The position numbers and the translations under genes are program-made. From assembly GCA_964252035.1 (NCBI GenBank), contig OZ176209.1: a DNA stretch of 64,000 bases, one strand, 5' to 3'. This stretch comes from Podarcis erhardii. Its lineage: Eukaryota. Below are positions 1-12,340 of this stretch, in pieces (positions within the stretch are counted from its first letter, which is position 1; each line of letters opens with the position of its first letter). The notes beneath the pieces are model-generated. The model saw nothing but the letters and a program-made list of their open reading frames with translations. It had not been told where the DNA came from and made no database searches.

Positions 1-169
1 GTACTGGGTGCTCCATGACTTGAGTTTCAAAGCCGGACGTCTCAGACGTGCTACACCGACTGAGGGAGGAGATGCCACTGCTGTAACTTCCAGACAAGAC
101 TGGGGAGTTGGAAATGAGTCCCGAGGAATGGTAGTCCACAGGAGATGGAGTAAACGATTGTATTGAACC
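1..169 (-). CDS. DOCK4: DOCK4 terminal coding exon, 5' part (GSIQSFTPSPVDYHSSGLISNSPVLSGSYSSGISSLSRCSTSETSGFE...), cut by window edge
   Basis: tttttacccag acceptor at 170-171; phase 0; matches recalled DOCK4 tail. Confidence 0.94.
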
Positions 170-1029
170 CTGGGTAAAAAGAAAAGGAATTAGTCCCCAA
201 CCACCGCCACCAAAAAAAAAGAGGTAGAGGAGGAAAGTATTTCTCTGAAGAAAACATGCCAAATTATGGATAAACGTTCCTTCGCAACAAGTTCTGGGTT
301 CCGTGTGATATGGCACACTGAAATTCTGCAGCTACCAGAAACACAGGGCAGTTTTCTCATTTTGCACCTTCAAAACCAGAAGCTGAGCAGAGCTCTTGTT
401 TATCACTACGTGCCCATTCACCAGCAATGCTATAGAAGTCTCTAGGATTAATGGTAGCACTGTGCCCTCTAATGCCAGAAATGAGTACTTTCACAACAAA
501 TCTGTAGACTGTAATGCTGAATCTGCTTCCCAGAATTAAACCTTTTGACTTTTCAGATCTCAGAAACAGGCAGTGGCAATACAAGATAGGAGAAGCAATT
601 CTGTATAACAACTGCCACTGCATAAATCTTTCAAGAGAAGTAACAGTTTTTGTAGGCATTGGGTATAAAATAAAAACACATGAGTTGTTCTGTGTTCACT
701 CCAGCTTAAGGCCGCTGTCGTCTGAAAGCATAGGACCAACTTGCTGCTACAGACACAGGCGCTGTCATATCAAAAAATAAACTATATGCTTATTTTATTT
801 ATTTATTGCCTCATAACCTAACCTCTCTAAGCTGTTTTAATAAAAAGGAAACATGAATATGCTGGTTTCAAGGGCTAAGCTTTTATGATATGAGTTACCC
901 TCAAAACATTAAGATTCTGAAGGCAATATGCATGTCAGAATACGTGTCAATATTACAAGGAGAAAAGAAAAGCATCGTATTGTAAACAGGAAGAAACACA
1001 AAACAGTTCAAATTCCATTTAGCCACTAC

Positions 1030-1091
1030 CTTCATTGGTGATCTTCCAGCAGGAGAAGGGGAAACTGAGGTTAGGTGTCGAGGTGATGCTG
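1030..1091 (-). CDS. DOCK4: DOCK4 exon (ASPRHLTSVSPSPAGRSPMK)
   Basis: ttttag/gtagtg; 62 nt, phase 1 to 0. Confidence 0.9.
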
Positions 1092-2117
1092 CTAAAAAAA
1101 AGGGGAGAATTTAACAGATTTGAGAATTCAATTGTAATGAGAATAATAATGAAGCTTAAAATGGACATTATATCAAAGCTTACACATGCACATGGACACT
1201 ATGATAAAAATTTGGTGAATTACGACAGTCTTTGTGGGGGTGGTGTTTTTTACTCCCCTATTTTCCTCATTTTGTGCTATTTTTTCCCTTTTTATAGCAG
1301 CCTTTATCTTACTGAAATAATGATATACTATGTATTTATTTATGTATGTATGTATGTTTTGCTTGATAATAACATTAAGATGACCAGTCATTATAGTCCA
1401 TATTCATCATTTACTTTCCTTTAAAAACAAACCTAGGCTTTGTCCTCAGACCCCCATGGAAGCAACTCCACAATGAAAGGATCTTGCCCCCCCGCCTCCA
1501 TTACCATAAAAGTCAGCAACCCACAGTTCTTGCTTTTCACCTTTGCAGCTGCAGACAGAGAGCACTGATAGAACTTTTCAACCCAGCGGCTTCTCTTATC
1601 TGCAAAAGCCCTCTAAGACCAGAGGAAAACACTTCCTCTTATTTCTCCCTCTCCAGTTGCACTGAGGACTCATAAAATATCTCTCCAGACTGGAGGCACC
1701 AGGCTATCTCCAATAGCAACACAACATTAGCAACACAATTGTGTGTGCCTGTGTGGACAAACAGGTAGTTGAAAAAGAGCAGGCAGCGGCAAGAAATATG
1801 GGACCCATTGCAAAAACAAAAAACTAGCGTGCAGGCCCTCTGGCAACATCCCTGTGTCCCGCCGCCTGTTTCCCACCTTCCTAGTCCCTTCCAGGTCCTT
1901 GAAAAATAACCTCTTCCCAATCTGCTTGCCTTGTCCCTCTTCAAGCCATCTATTGCTCCACTGGGCTGGGAATATTTGGCAGCTGGCTACCATGATCTCT
2001 TCTCATGGCGCGTCTCCTAGCCATGCAGCTGCTGGACCTACCCATCCTGGTTTCTCAGATGAAACCTGAGCTGAATTCAGCCTGTGGCAAACCATTCCCT
2101 TGCCTGGGGCTAGATAA

Positions 2118-2458
2118 TGTTAACAGAGAAATCTGAGGGCTCCCCTGGACAAAAACCAAGGACACCAGCCAGGAATACCAGAGCAAAACAGCAGCCAGTA
2201 GGCTTGGTCTTTATTGAAGACTGTCGCGACAGCACTCCCACCTGCCACAAGGTGGAACAAGATGGAAGCCCCAAACAAAAGAGCCCCCAAACTTTTATTA
2301 GATGCTAATCCCCATGTTACACCCCCCCCCAAAAATACATCACTCATACATCATGGTTACATCATGAAAGGGGAGGTCTGGTGGTAGTAATCTGAGCATC
2401 CTGGACCCTGCCCCATGGTTCTCCTTGCCCTCCACCAAACACCCATCATGTGTAACAA
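2118..2458 (-). mobile_element. Possible solo LTR
   Basis: tgttaaca...tgtaaca termini; minus-strand AATAAA near 2210 and TATA-like taataaaa near 2295; no clear TSD. Confidence 0.3.
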
Positions 2459-2895
2459 AAAAGATATTTACATTTTCCTGTTTCCCAGCCAAGTTAATCA
2501 CACCCATTTGTCTTCATCTGGGTTTTTTATTTCTGAAATGGCTACCTGTCTGACACTCAGGTATCAGGATGCCAGGGATTATCACTCAGGCAGAGGGGCT
2601 GCTGAGTAGCTGAGCTCACATGTCTATATGAATTTCTGAAGTTTTCCCAGTGAGCCAGTACATAGATACATTTATCTGTGAATTGTTACATTTGGTATTG
2701 TGCAAGCAAAGGCCCTTTGAATAGATAGGAAGAAACTGTAATGAAGTGTTTTGTGGGGACAAATCACAAAGGTGATTGTGCTGATTTTGGTACTGGGCTG
2801 CATGTGCATGATATCTGCTGGAGGGGCAACCCCCCCCCCGCAACCTATACATAAATTCCTGCAACAATAAGAACAGTTGTGATGTATCCACATAC

Positions 2896-3009
2896 CAGTT
2901 TGCGTGGGGCGTGGAGGCACAGGAGGAGACATAAGCTTTGCACTCTCTGACATGTTCCTGGCTTCCTTCCCGCTGTCCAGGCTCCAGCTGCTGGGAGTGC
3001 TGTTTACAG
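2896..3009 (-). CDS. DOCK4: DOCK4 exon (VNSTPSSWSLDSGKEARNMSESAKLMSPPVPPRPTQT), proline-rich motif
   Basis: atccag/gtatgt; 114 nt, symmetric phase 1 to 1. Confidence 0.94.
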
Positions 3010-3635
3010 CTGGATAAAGATGACAAAAATCAGCATTGGTCTTCTAAGCTGTCAAAAGTTAAACTACATACAGTATAAGCCAGTTTTTCAAAGTTGGCTA
3101 CAAATTCTCGATTCAGGCCCCTTGAGTGAATTTACTTAACTAGTTTCTGTAGCCTCCAGGTTAAGGGTTATCTTTAAAGGACAGGGGTTTAGGCCTCTCT
3201 TCTGCCTGAATCTACTGAGGAAGCCATTGTTTTACATTTTATTTAGACTCACTATTTCGTCTTACTGAACACCACTGTGGTATTTAACTGCAATATGTAT
3301 AGTACTGAATGCAAAATTGATTACAACTGTGTATATATCTATTAGGTAGTATCTGAATAAATCATGCTTACTAAATCAATAAAAATCAATCCATTAGCTT
3401 ATAATCATGACTAAGTTACAGTAAGTCCTTTATTTCAATGGGTCTCCTATGAAGATGACTAAATGGGGTGTCACCCTTTATATATATTATATTACACTGT
3501 AACGCTACATTGTATATTATTTCTGCTGGACAACTTTTTATTATTGTGCATTACTTTACTTTTTTCTTATGAGAGCCACCACAGTTATTTTACAGAAAGG
3601 TGAGATATGAACGTCAAAATAATTAAAATGCTTAC

Positions 3636-3708
3636 CTTTCTCCGGACCAGACAAATTAGGATCGCTTCGGGGCAAAGCACCATCTCCAATGTGATTGAAC
3701 AAAATTCT
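3636..3708 (-). CDS. DOCK4: DOCK4 exon (RILFNHIGDGALPRSDPNLSGPEK)
   Basis: ttttag/gtaagc; 73 nt, phase 0 to 1. Confidence 0.95.
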
Positions 3709-4547
3709 CTAAAAAATCACAACATTTTTATGACAGCATTTTTATTAAACCTTTACATGTTTTTTATTAAACCTTTATATGTTTGCAAATATAAAATTAA
3801 ATTTGGGAATAAATTATCTTTTTAAAAAACCCAGACTAAAGGATGATTGATATGGATTTTTCTTTAATTATGAGTCCTAAGAGGACAGCTATAGAAGACA
3901 AAAAACAGAGTAATTTAATTTAAATACCATGTACAAAAACAAAGGTCAGCTCTTTCTGTATTGAAAAACAAGGGATAATTAATCTGCAGAAGAGCTATGA
4001 ATTGAACAGTGAAAAAATAAGGCATTCCCGAGGCTTGCTTTTTTTATACCAGTGGAAGCTAAAATGCTTCAGATAACGTTCAAATTCAACTGCAGAAACT
4101 CTTGAGATCTTAAAAAATATGAAAAGAGCTTCCTGATTTTGGGGGGGAGGGTCCTGTCTCTACTTAATAAAATATATATCTGATATAATCTGGGCAAATC
4201 CTATTCATACAACCACACTTGTCTCACGTGTAATACACCATTTTTCTAACCACCCAATGATACTGGGATTTTACAGTTAGTAAAGAATATATTATATAAT
4301 AATTACTATATGTCATTAAGAACTAGTTAGCAAAAGTCAACTGGATGAATTTTACAACCTCCTTTGAAAATGATAGTTTGATAATAATTCGGATACAGTC
4401 ATCAGATAAACCATTTAGACCAAGTTTGTGAAGGCAACAAAACAGAGTTTATTCTAGAATATAAAGTAACATCATTTAGTCAATGGAACCTATACAAAAA
4501 ATCCCAAGGCAGTTCCCACATCTCCCTCCAGGGGCAATTACTGATTA

Positions 4548-5068
4548 CCGTATTTTTCGTCCTATAGGGCGCACCGGCCCATAGGCTTGCAGACACTCGC
4601 CCGAAGCACAGGGAGCCCTCCGGAGGGCTCCCTGTGCTTCGGGCAACAGGCTGCCGCCCAAGCCTTGCGCGCTCAGTGGGAGCTTCTGCCGGGCGCGCAA
4701 GGCTTGCAGACACTCGCCCGAAGCACGGGGAGCCCTCCGGAGGGTTCCCTGTGCTTCGGGCAACAGGCTGCCGCCCCAAGCCTTGCGCGCTCAGCGGGAG
4801 CTCCTGCCGGGCACGCAAGGCTTGCAGACACTCGCCGGGGCTGCAGGCTGCTGCCAGCAAGCCTTGTGAGCCCGCAGGAACTCCCGCCGGGCTTGCAAGG
4901 CTTGCGGATAGCTTCCTGAAGCCTGGAGAGCGAGAGGGGTCGGTGCGCACCGATGCCTCTCGCTCTCCAGGCTTCAGCGAAAGCCTGCATTCACCCCATA
5001 GGACGCACACCCTTTTCCCCTTCATTTTTGGAGGGGAAAAAGTGCGTCCTATGGGGCGAAAAATACGG
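4548..5068. mobile_element. TcMar-Tc2-like MITE with TA TSD and GC-rich palindromic interior
   Basis: ~27-bp TIR CCGTATTTTTCG(T/C)CC(T/C)ATAGG(G/A)CGCAC; TA on both sides. Confidence 0.85.
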
Positions 5069-6132
5069 TATATACAAGAAGTGAGGCAAAGATGTACAAA
5101 TGAAGTCTGAGTGAAGGTATGCACTTAAATTGAAGACTATAAAGTAGATTTAGATGTTTATATAGAAATAACATTAGCAGGTCCTGAAAGAGCTAGTGAA
5201 AAGGAAGAAAGCACCCATAAGGTCATTGGATGTGAATGCTAAACTACCAGTAATTTCCAATTTACAATGCAAGAGCCTAAATACTGGTTAAGCAAATGGG
5301 TCAAAATCAAGGTTAGCAAATGCAACATTTGCAAGAGCTTCGGATCTTTTCTGTGGGAGAGTATACAGGGACCAGTCAAGGAACCAAAGTCACTGATAGA
5401 TTAGCGGAAGCAAACTCATAAGACAAGAACTGCCAGATATCCAAGGCAAACAATACATTAACGAGAACAGGGAATTGTGGGGTACTTGCGAAGAAAGAAA
5501 AGGGGAAAAAGTGTGGCAACTACAATGAAGCTGGAGCAGACAGTAAGAGTATGCAAAGCTTTATCACTAGAAACATCGACATGCAGACACGTCAATTAGA
5601 AGATGGAGAATAAGCATGACAGGTCATGACAGCGCAGCCAACAGCCATATTCTCAGAACAGGAAACGATCAGACCGCCTTTCTGACCAGCCAAATGTGTC
5701 AGCAACTTGGTCTAACAGGCCAATTTGTTAAAAATGGGCAAATCTGAGTGGCGGCGGTAAAATATGGAAATAGTTTGACTACAGCCCATGTTGTACCACC
5801 ATCGCGTCCCATGTTTACTAAATTCACCCCTTACAAAAACGAGGCACGTCGTCACCAAATAATGATTTTGTCCTGGTGTCGTGACATAGGGAAGTACAGC
5901 AAAAGGCAAGCAGTATGGAAAGGAACCATACAAATGGGCAGATTCCTGGTCAGCCACCCTGAGCATGAAGAAAGCTAGAATGATAGACTTGTCGCCCAAG
6001 TCTGGTCACCGCTGTCAAGTGAGGCTTCTATAGTCTGAAATGAATTACTGAAACTTCCAGGTCTGTTTTTTTCCCCCCCTGAGGCAAATGACCACCTGAT
6101 CTCAATATCCAGTGCTTTCTCTTATGTGGGTA

Positions 6133-6486
6133 AAAAAGGTAAAGGGACCCCTGACCATTAGGTCCAGTCATGGCCGACTCTGGGGTTGCAGCGCTCATCT
6201 CACTTTATTGGCCGAGGGAGCCGGCATACAGCTTCCGGGACATGTGGCCAGCATGACTAAGCCGCTTCTGGCGAACCAGAGCAGCGCACGGAAACACCGT
6301 TTACCTTCCCGCCGGAGCGGTACCTATTTATCTACTTGCACTTTGACGTGCTTTCGAACTGCTAGGTGGGCAGGAGCAGGGACCGAGCAATGGGAGCTCA
6401 CCCCGTCGTGGGGATTCGAACCGCCGACCTTCTGACTGGCAAGTCCTAGGCTCTGTGGTTTAACCCACAGCGCCACCCGCGTCCCT
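6133..6486 (-). mobile_element. Sauria SINE, full length, 13-bp TSD
   Basis: tRNA-like A/B box head at right end, (ggtaaa) tail at left; TSD TCTTATGTGGGTA at 6120-6132 and 6487-6499. Confidence 0.92.
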
Positions 6487-6785
6487 TCTTATGTGGGTAG
6501 GTGGACCTAATTCTGAATGTGAGGCTACAGGGGAACTGCTATTGCCTCCAACAATGACTTGGTGAACTGTGATAAGGCAGTAGGCCATTTCTCCCACCCC
6601 AAATCCATCTCTCTAGTGATAGCCCAGAAGTCCCTTCTATGGTGATGTTCTATAGCACAGGGCCACCACAAGAAAATGTCCTTCTCTTTGATTTAGTTTA
6701 AAGAGGTGACAGAGAAAAGGAACTGCTTGAGTCGTTATCTGCATAATGTTTGCATGAGAAATAGGTGGGGGGTTTTTCTACTTAC

Positions 6786-6953
6786 CCTGTCGGGGGCTAC
6801 ACAGGTTGTTGACAGATTGTGAGACTTCCCTGTCAGGTAAGCCTCTGGGTGAGCAGATACTGGGCATATGTGCTCCTCAGGCTCCTTTGGTGAATCTCGG
6901 ATGCATCGCGGAATAGAGGCCTCATTCCACTTGGCAAAGCAAGGGTTTGCAGG
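6786..6953 (-). CDS. Candidate additional DOCK4 cassette exon (PANPCFAKWNEAS...STTCVAPDR), unverified
   Basis: ccatttttgctcccag acceptor, AGG/gtaagt donor, 168 nt stop-free, phase 0 to 0 matching the flanking exons; no homology recalled. Confidence 0.4.
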
Positions 6954-7873
6954 CTGGGAGCAAAAATGGTACAGTTCTTTCTTTGTGGCATGCACCAAAA
7001 GCCACTTTAACCCAAGAACATTCCTCCAGGGGCCCATTTCCTGCCCTGGCTGCTCCAGCGGATGATAGAAAAGTTTAGGCTGATTCAAAAATAATGTTTG
7101 CTGTCGCTAAGTAAATGTCAGCTACAATGGCAACCAGCAAGTCATAACAAGACTAGAGGAGATCACATTATAGAACGACAGAGGAACTATTAAGCAAGAG
7201 CTTCCTATCGGAGAAAATGCATTACAAAGACCCAAGGGACGTTCGTTTCTGAAGATCCTTTGAAACTGCAATAATGTTCTACCAACAGAGCCAAAACTCC
7301 ACAAATCATAGGAAACCTGCTCCAAGGTTTCCCCAAGTCTTAGCATGAGAACTACATTGTTAATAGCATGGTGTGGTGATGGAATGGTCTACAGAGGTTT
7401 TCAAGAAATATGCCAAGGGTAAATGTGATCGTTAAAAAGAATGGCTGTCAATTATAAATCGCATTATGTAAATGGAAAACGGTAGGTACTTTGACCTCAT
7501 GTTACAAGAACTTCCTATGTAAAGGAGTCTGCCCTGTTTTAAATGATAAAACAGTGACACTAAAGGAGAAAACGAAAACAAAAATCCTGGGCTTTCTTCA
7601 TTCGCAACACTTCTCTGCTATTCTTCAAGAAACTGCCATAATGAATCAAGCTAAGAAATTTAGGAGCTGAATTATTACTTACCCTAAAAGTAAACATCTA
7701 AGCATTATCATCTGATGAGGAAGACCAACAATGCTCAAAAGATCTACTGTATCTTTTACATGCACAAAAAGTAACCTGTTTGAATTCGGTAGGTAGGTCA
7801 ATATCATTTCTGCCCTGCAGAAGCTCACATGAGGGGTGACTGCCCTGTCAAAGTCACCCTTAGCAATGCCTAC

Positions 7874-7983
7874 CTGTGAAGACTCAGCAGGATTTGGGTA
7901 AATGGCACTACAAGGCCTCTCCCTTGGAGACAAACAAGAATTTTCTCTGGAATGTTTAAGCTTGTCAGACAACAGAGGCGAGC
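7874..7983 (-). CDS. DOCK4: DOCK4 exon (SPLLSDKLKHSRENSCLSPRERPCSAIYPNPAESSQ)
   Basis: ttccag/gtaggc; 110 nt, phase 1 to 0. Confidence 0.95.
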
Positions 7984-8198
7984 CTGGAACAAAAGAGAAA
8001 CCTGCAGAATCAGTACAGTTCTCCTGACCTTCAGTTTGGTGTATTATTCTGGTGAGGCCACAATGGACAGAGACTCTACAGTGTCTTGCCTCACACTGCA
8101 GAAGTGCAAATGGTGTGATCGAGAAATGGGTTGCATTAAAATCATTTAGTAGTGCCCAGAAAGCTTCCGGAAGGAACTTTAGGTAATGAAGCACTAAC

Positions 8199-8280
8199 CT
8201 CTGGCACTGGATGGAGCAGAGCTGGTCACATTAGGTGAAGCTGAATGAGTGGAACTCAGGCTTGAGGTAGATGGACTTGG
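8199..8280 (-). CDS. DOCK4: DOCK4 exon (PSPSTSSLSSTHSASPNVTSSAPSSAR)
   Basis: ttccag/gttagt; 82 nt, phase 0 to 1. Confidence 0.94.
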
Positions 8281-9844
8281 CTGGAAATACAAGAGTCACA
8301 ATATCTCAATGTCCTCATCATGTGACATGATGATAAACAGGTGAACAACAACATGATCTGATTCATGGTATGGTAGATTATGGAGAGGCTCAACATACAG
8401 GATCCAATGCTTGATTTATTTAACAAATGATAAATTGCAGCAAATATATGATTGGGTGTTAAGCTGGTGACTGATGGTGCAATCCTGTGCATGTTTACTG
8501 AGAAGGTTTCAAAGGGATGTACCCAAATGTACTTGGTTGCAGCTGAAATTCACTTCTCACCCCAAAACCATAACCTGATCTTTTTGCACCGTTTATTGCC
8601 TTTACAAACCATAGAGTAAACCTAGTAACTTTGTGTGTCAGGATTAACAGTGAGCCTTTTTTGTGTGATAGGAAGGAACATGGAAAGCCAGCAAACGATC
8701 AGAAACATTAACAAATGTACTCAACCTTTAAAGAATATTTTATTTACAGAAAAAATATTCTCATCTTGGACTTGCCACCCTAAATAAAACTAGCAATTTG
8801 GTCCATAATAAAATTCTAAAAATGAAAAAAATGTGTTTTTGAATGTTATCCATAGGAAATTATTTCTGGTTGCTAAACTGATGACCCTTGGGATCCTTTC
8901 CAACTCTATGATCCCTTTGTTTTCTTATGCCCATTCCACTTCTCCAAGGGGTACAGCCCTTACCCGGCTTTAGTTTCCTTTGGAAGTTCACTGGAGACTC
9001 GTGGCCTAGTTAAATATTTGAATTTATTTACCAAATACTGTACACAGGTTGAGTACAAGTGATGCACAGCTTCAACACTCAAACACCCGAAAGTTCACTA
9101 CTTCCACATCAGATATCCAGAAAAAGCAGCTGGCACACCAAAACATTGCTAGGTTACAGGATCCATAAACTAGGGGTGTGCAAAAGTTGTGGATGGACTC
9201 TGAATCATGAACTGAAGTGGGGTTACTTCAGAAAGATTTGAGGATTGCCCAAGTGAGAGAGAGAGATCCCTGAACCAAAGTGGGGATCTTTGAAGTACTT
9301 TGGAGAGTCAGATTTATTTATTAATTTTTTAAAAAAGATGAACAACGTTCCTCTAAAAACTGAAATGTCTCTCCCCATATTTACCGTACAAGAAAAATGC
9401 CAGGGTGGAGAGAGGGATACGACCTGTTTTGTGACTGATCTATTTTGAAGGAATTGTTAACCAAGGTTCTCCAGTCTCCGTGTTTTGGGAAGGGGTGTTG
9501 ATGTAATGGATTGTGTCTGTGCCAGCTTTGCATTTATCTTAATACATTTATCTGTATCAAGAACTAATGACTAAAAAAATAGATCCTGCTGAAATACATC
9601 ACTAGAATATCCTGAGCTATCAACACTCCTTTGTCAGCTCCAAGACTCTGTCCAGGTATTGCCTCAGAATAATCACAGAAATCTGATAGGAAACCTATAA
9701 GAATATCTTCTCTTAAAAGTGGAATATGAGGGCAAATAATCTCCAAAGAGACCCGGAACTATGTGTGACAATATTTTAAATGGCTCTGCAGTTTGTTGTC
9801 ATGGATTAACATGGCTTATCACCCCACTCCCAATGAAGAGAGTA

Positions 9845-10171
9845 AAGGTAAAGGTACCCCTGACCATTAGGTCCAGTCGTGACCGACTCTGGGGTTGCGG
9901 CGCTCATCTCGCTTTATTGGACAAGGGAGCCAGCGTACAGCTTCCGGGTCATGTGGCCAGCATGACTAAGCCGCTTCTTAAGCCGTTTACCTTCCCGCTG
10001 GAGTAGTACCGATTTATCTACTTGCACTTTGACGTGCTTTCGAACTGTTAGGTTGGCAGGATCAGGGACTGAGCAATGGGAGCTCACCCTGTTGCAGGGA
10101 TTCGAACCGCAACCTTCTGATTGGCAAGCCCTAGGCTCTGTGGTTTAACCTACAGCGCCACCCACATCCCA
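9845..10171 (-). mobile_element. Sauria SINE with internal deletion and TSD
   Basis: Near-identical to 6133-6486; TSD caatgaag(a/c)gagta at 9831-9844 and 10172-10185. Confidence 0.9.
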
Positions 10172-10660
10172 CAATGAAGCGAGTACAGTAAGACCAAACC
10201 TTGATGCTAATATATTTAAGATCCTCTTCTTGAATATGGAGTCTGCATGACAAAGGGCAGTTGGAGACTGAACCTTGTGGGCTTCACCATTAAGTGAAGA
10301 ACAGCTTTTCTCTGGAGATTTGCCAAAGGCAGAGCTAGAGCTTTCCCCCCCAGCACTTACTGAATGATTAGTCTTTGTTTGTCAGGATTATAAAATAAAC
10401 AGGGTATTTTAAATCAATAAATCAATATTTATATTGCAACGGGGATTGATAGTCTCAAGCTTTATTTCTAATCCTGAGCTGATTAAATTGGATGTGCTAG
10501 AAGTGCAAATAAAAATAATGAAATAAATCTTGTAGCATCCTCAGCATCTGTTGTTTCCCTTCGTACCCCTTCAAAATAGTACCCCCAACCTCCCAAAACT
10601 AGAAAAGTCCTCAGAAAGATATAAACTGATCCAGTTGTAGACAAAGGGAACATTTTGTAC

Positions 10661-10781
10661 CTGCATGTTGAAAACTTCATCGGAGCTTTCAGACTGTCCA
10701 GTTATATTGCTGACCTCTGCAGAGGCTTGAGAGGACAATGATGAGGAAGAGTATCTGTTGACAGCTGGGTAACTTAAGGGG
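10661..10781 (-). CDS. DOCK4: DOCK4 exon (PLSYPAVNRYSSSSLSSQASAEVSNITGQSESSDEVFNMQ)
   Basis: taacag/gtacaa; 121 nt, phase 2 to 0. Confidence 0.95.
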
Positions 10782-11194
10782 CTGTTACAAAGAAGAAAAC
10801 AAGTTTTCATCCACTCTGATCCTTTATCAGTTTGTCATATAGCGCGCGCACACACACACACACACACACACATATCATACAACTAAGCCACACGACCCCC
10901 CCCCCAAAAAAAAAATATATCCTGGAAACTGTAGTTTGTTAAAGGTGCTAGGAATTGCAGCTCTGTGAGGGGTGAACTGCAACTCGCATGATACTTTGAG
11001 GGAAGCCATGTGCTTTAAACGTACGGTGTGTACTCAGCCAATGTGTCAGCACTCAAGACTGCTTTTCCGCATGTTGGTATTGGACTTTAATGCGGATCCA
11101 CGTATTTTTTAGGATGGTTTTTTAAAAACACAAAAAACCACAACTGACCATGAGAATGTTGTGGGTCAATAACAGCAGCTCATCCTACAGTAGA

Positions 11195-11430
11195 GAAAGG
11201 AGGGAACCTACAGGCCTCCAGGTGTTGTTGGACTACAGTTCCCATAATCCCTAGCCACTGGCAATCCTGCCTGGGCCTGGTGGACTCCAAGAGGACATGG
11301 GAGGCCTTCAGGTTCCCCATTCGTATTGTAGAGCAGGGTTTCCCAAACTTGGGTCTCCAGCTGTTTTTAGACTACAGCTGCCATCACCCCTGACCACTGG
11401 TCCTGCCAGCTAGGGATAATGAGTGTTGCC
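11195..11430. mobile_element. Two adjacent hAT-type palindromic MITE remnants
   Basis: ggactacagttccc core and cagggtttcccaaactt terminus; related to 40423-40558 and 60290-60430. Confidence 0.6.
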
Positions 11431-11709
11431 CTAGAGTGTTGCAAAACTGTAAGACTAATGGGATTATCCAATTTGTGCCCTAAAACAGTTTCTCCGTTAC
11501 TTCAAGCTTTCTGCCCTCCATTACAAATGCCTGCCCAACTTTATTTTTATGAATACCTTTAAATGAAGGAATCACTATAACCTCCCTTGGCAGCTGGTGT
11601 TATTATTATTTTTTTCTATTTCAAGATTCTCCAACTTTGGTGAGCATTTGTCCACTTGTATGAACATGTACAAATATTGGAAACACGGAACTCCACTTTT
11701 TCCACTTAC

Positions 11710-11831
11710 CTGCGTCTGGGAATCACTCTGACACCATCTGGACTCATAGAAACTGGGATTGAATTTCTAGATATGCGGGGGCTTCCGTTCGGAAAGTGAA
11801 TTGGACTGGCCTGGATGCATGCAGCAAATTC
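11710..11831 (-). CDS. DOCK4: DOCK4 exon (EFAACIQASPIHFPNGSPRISRNSIPVSMSPDGVRVIPRR)
   Basis: acttag/gtaagt; 122 nt, phase 0 to 2. Confidence 0.94.
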
Positions 11832-12143
11832 CTAAGTATACATTTAAATTTAAAATATTAGGGACCAGGATAAATTTTTTAAGGGCATACTTTGCTGTTT
11901 TGAAGACAACTTTTATATATGGCAAGTATCTTGTAAAAAAAAGAATATCTAAACTATAAACTAAGGAAATTAGATTTTTCTTTTTTAATGCCCCCCCCCC
12001 TACAGTATGCATTTTTCTTTGAAACAGGAAGGTATAAATTACAGTGATGCAATATAGGCCTACAGCCAGAAGATGTCACTGTCTGTTGCTTAATAAATAT
12101 ACTATGTACAACCTAAGGGCCTTTCATCATGAATTGCACATAC

Positions 12144-12263
12144 CTGTATTCCCAAACTTGATTTCATCACAAAGAACTGATCCACTAGTTTTTTATGTAA
12201 AGGTCTCATATCTTGAGGGACAAACTTCTCATGCACAGCTAAGCCAAATTCCAGAATCTGGGC
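12144..12263 (-). CDS. DOCK4: DOCK4 exon ending DHR2 (AQILEFGLAVHEKFVPQDMRPLHKKLVDQFFVMKSSLGIQ)
   Basis: gtgaag/gtatgt; 120 nt, phase 0; TACTAAT branch-like site about 33 nt upstream. Confidence 0.96.
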
Positions 12264-12340
12264 CTTCACACAACAAAGGGAGAATGATTATTAGTATTTG
12301 TCTTCATATGTATCTTTGCTATGACAGCAATTTCTAATCA

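Noticed and set aside
1035-1424. 129-aa plus-strand ORF
   Set aside because: Antisense to a DOCK4 exon plus AT-rich low-complexity intron; no recognisable protein
4584-4830. CRISPR-like repeated palindromes
   Set aside because: Vertebrate intron, units are fully duplicated with no unique spacers, enclosed by transposon TIRs, no cas genes
4480-5124. 214-aa and overlapping 105-158-aa ORFs on both strands
   Set aside because: They arise from GC-rich palindromic repeats inside a MITE; repetitive translation with no domain
7679-7873. ORF reading 65 codons past the exon 7874 donor as an alternative C-terminus
   Set aside because: Good donor present; an open stretch of this length is expected occasionally by chance; no supporting signal
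7984-8001. Alternative upstream acceptor adding GFSFVP in frame
   Set aside because: Weak pyrimidine tract; the 18 nt are themselves the tract of the main acceptor
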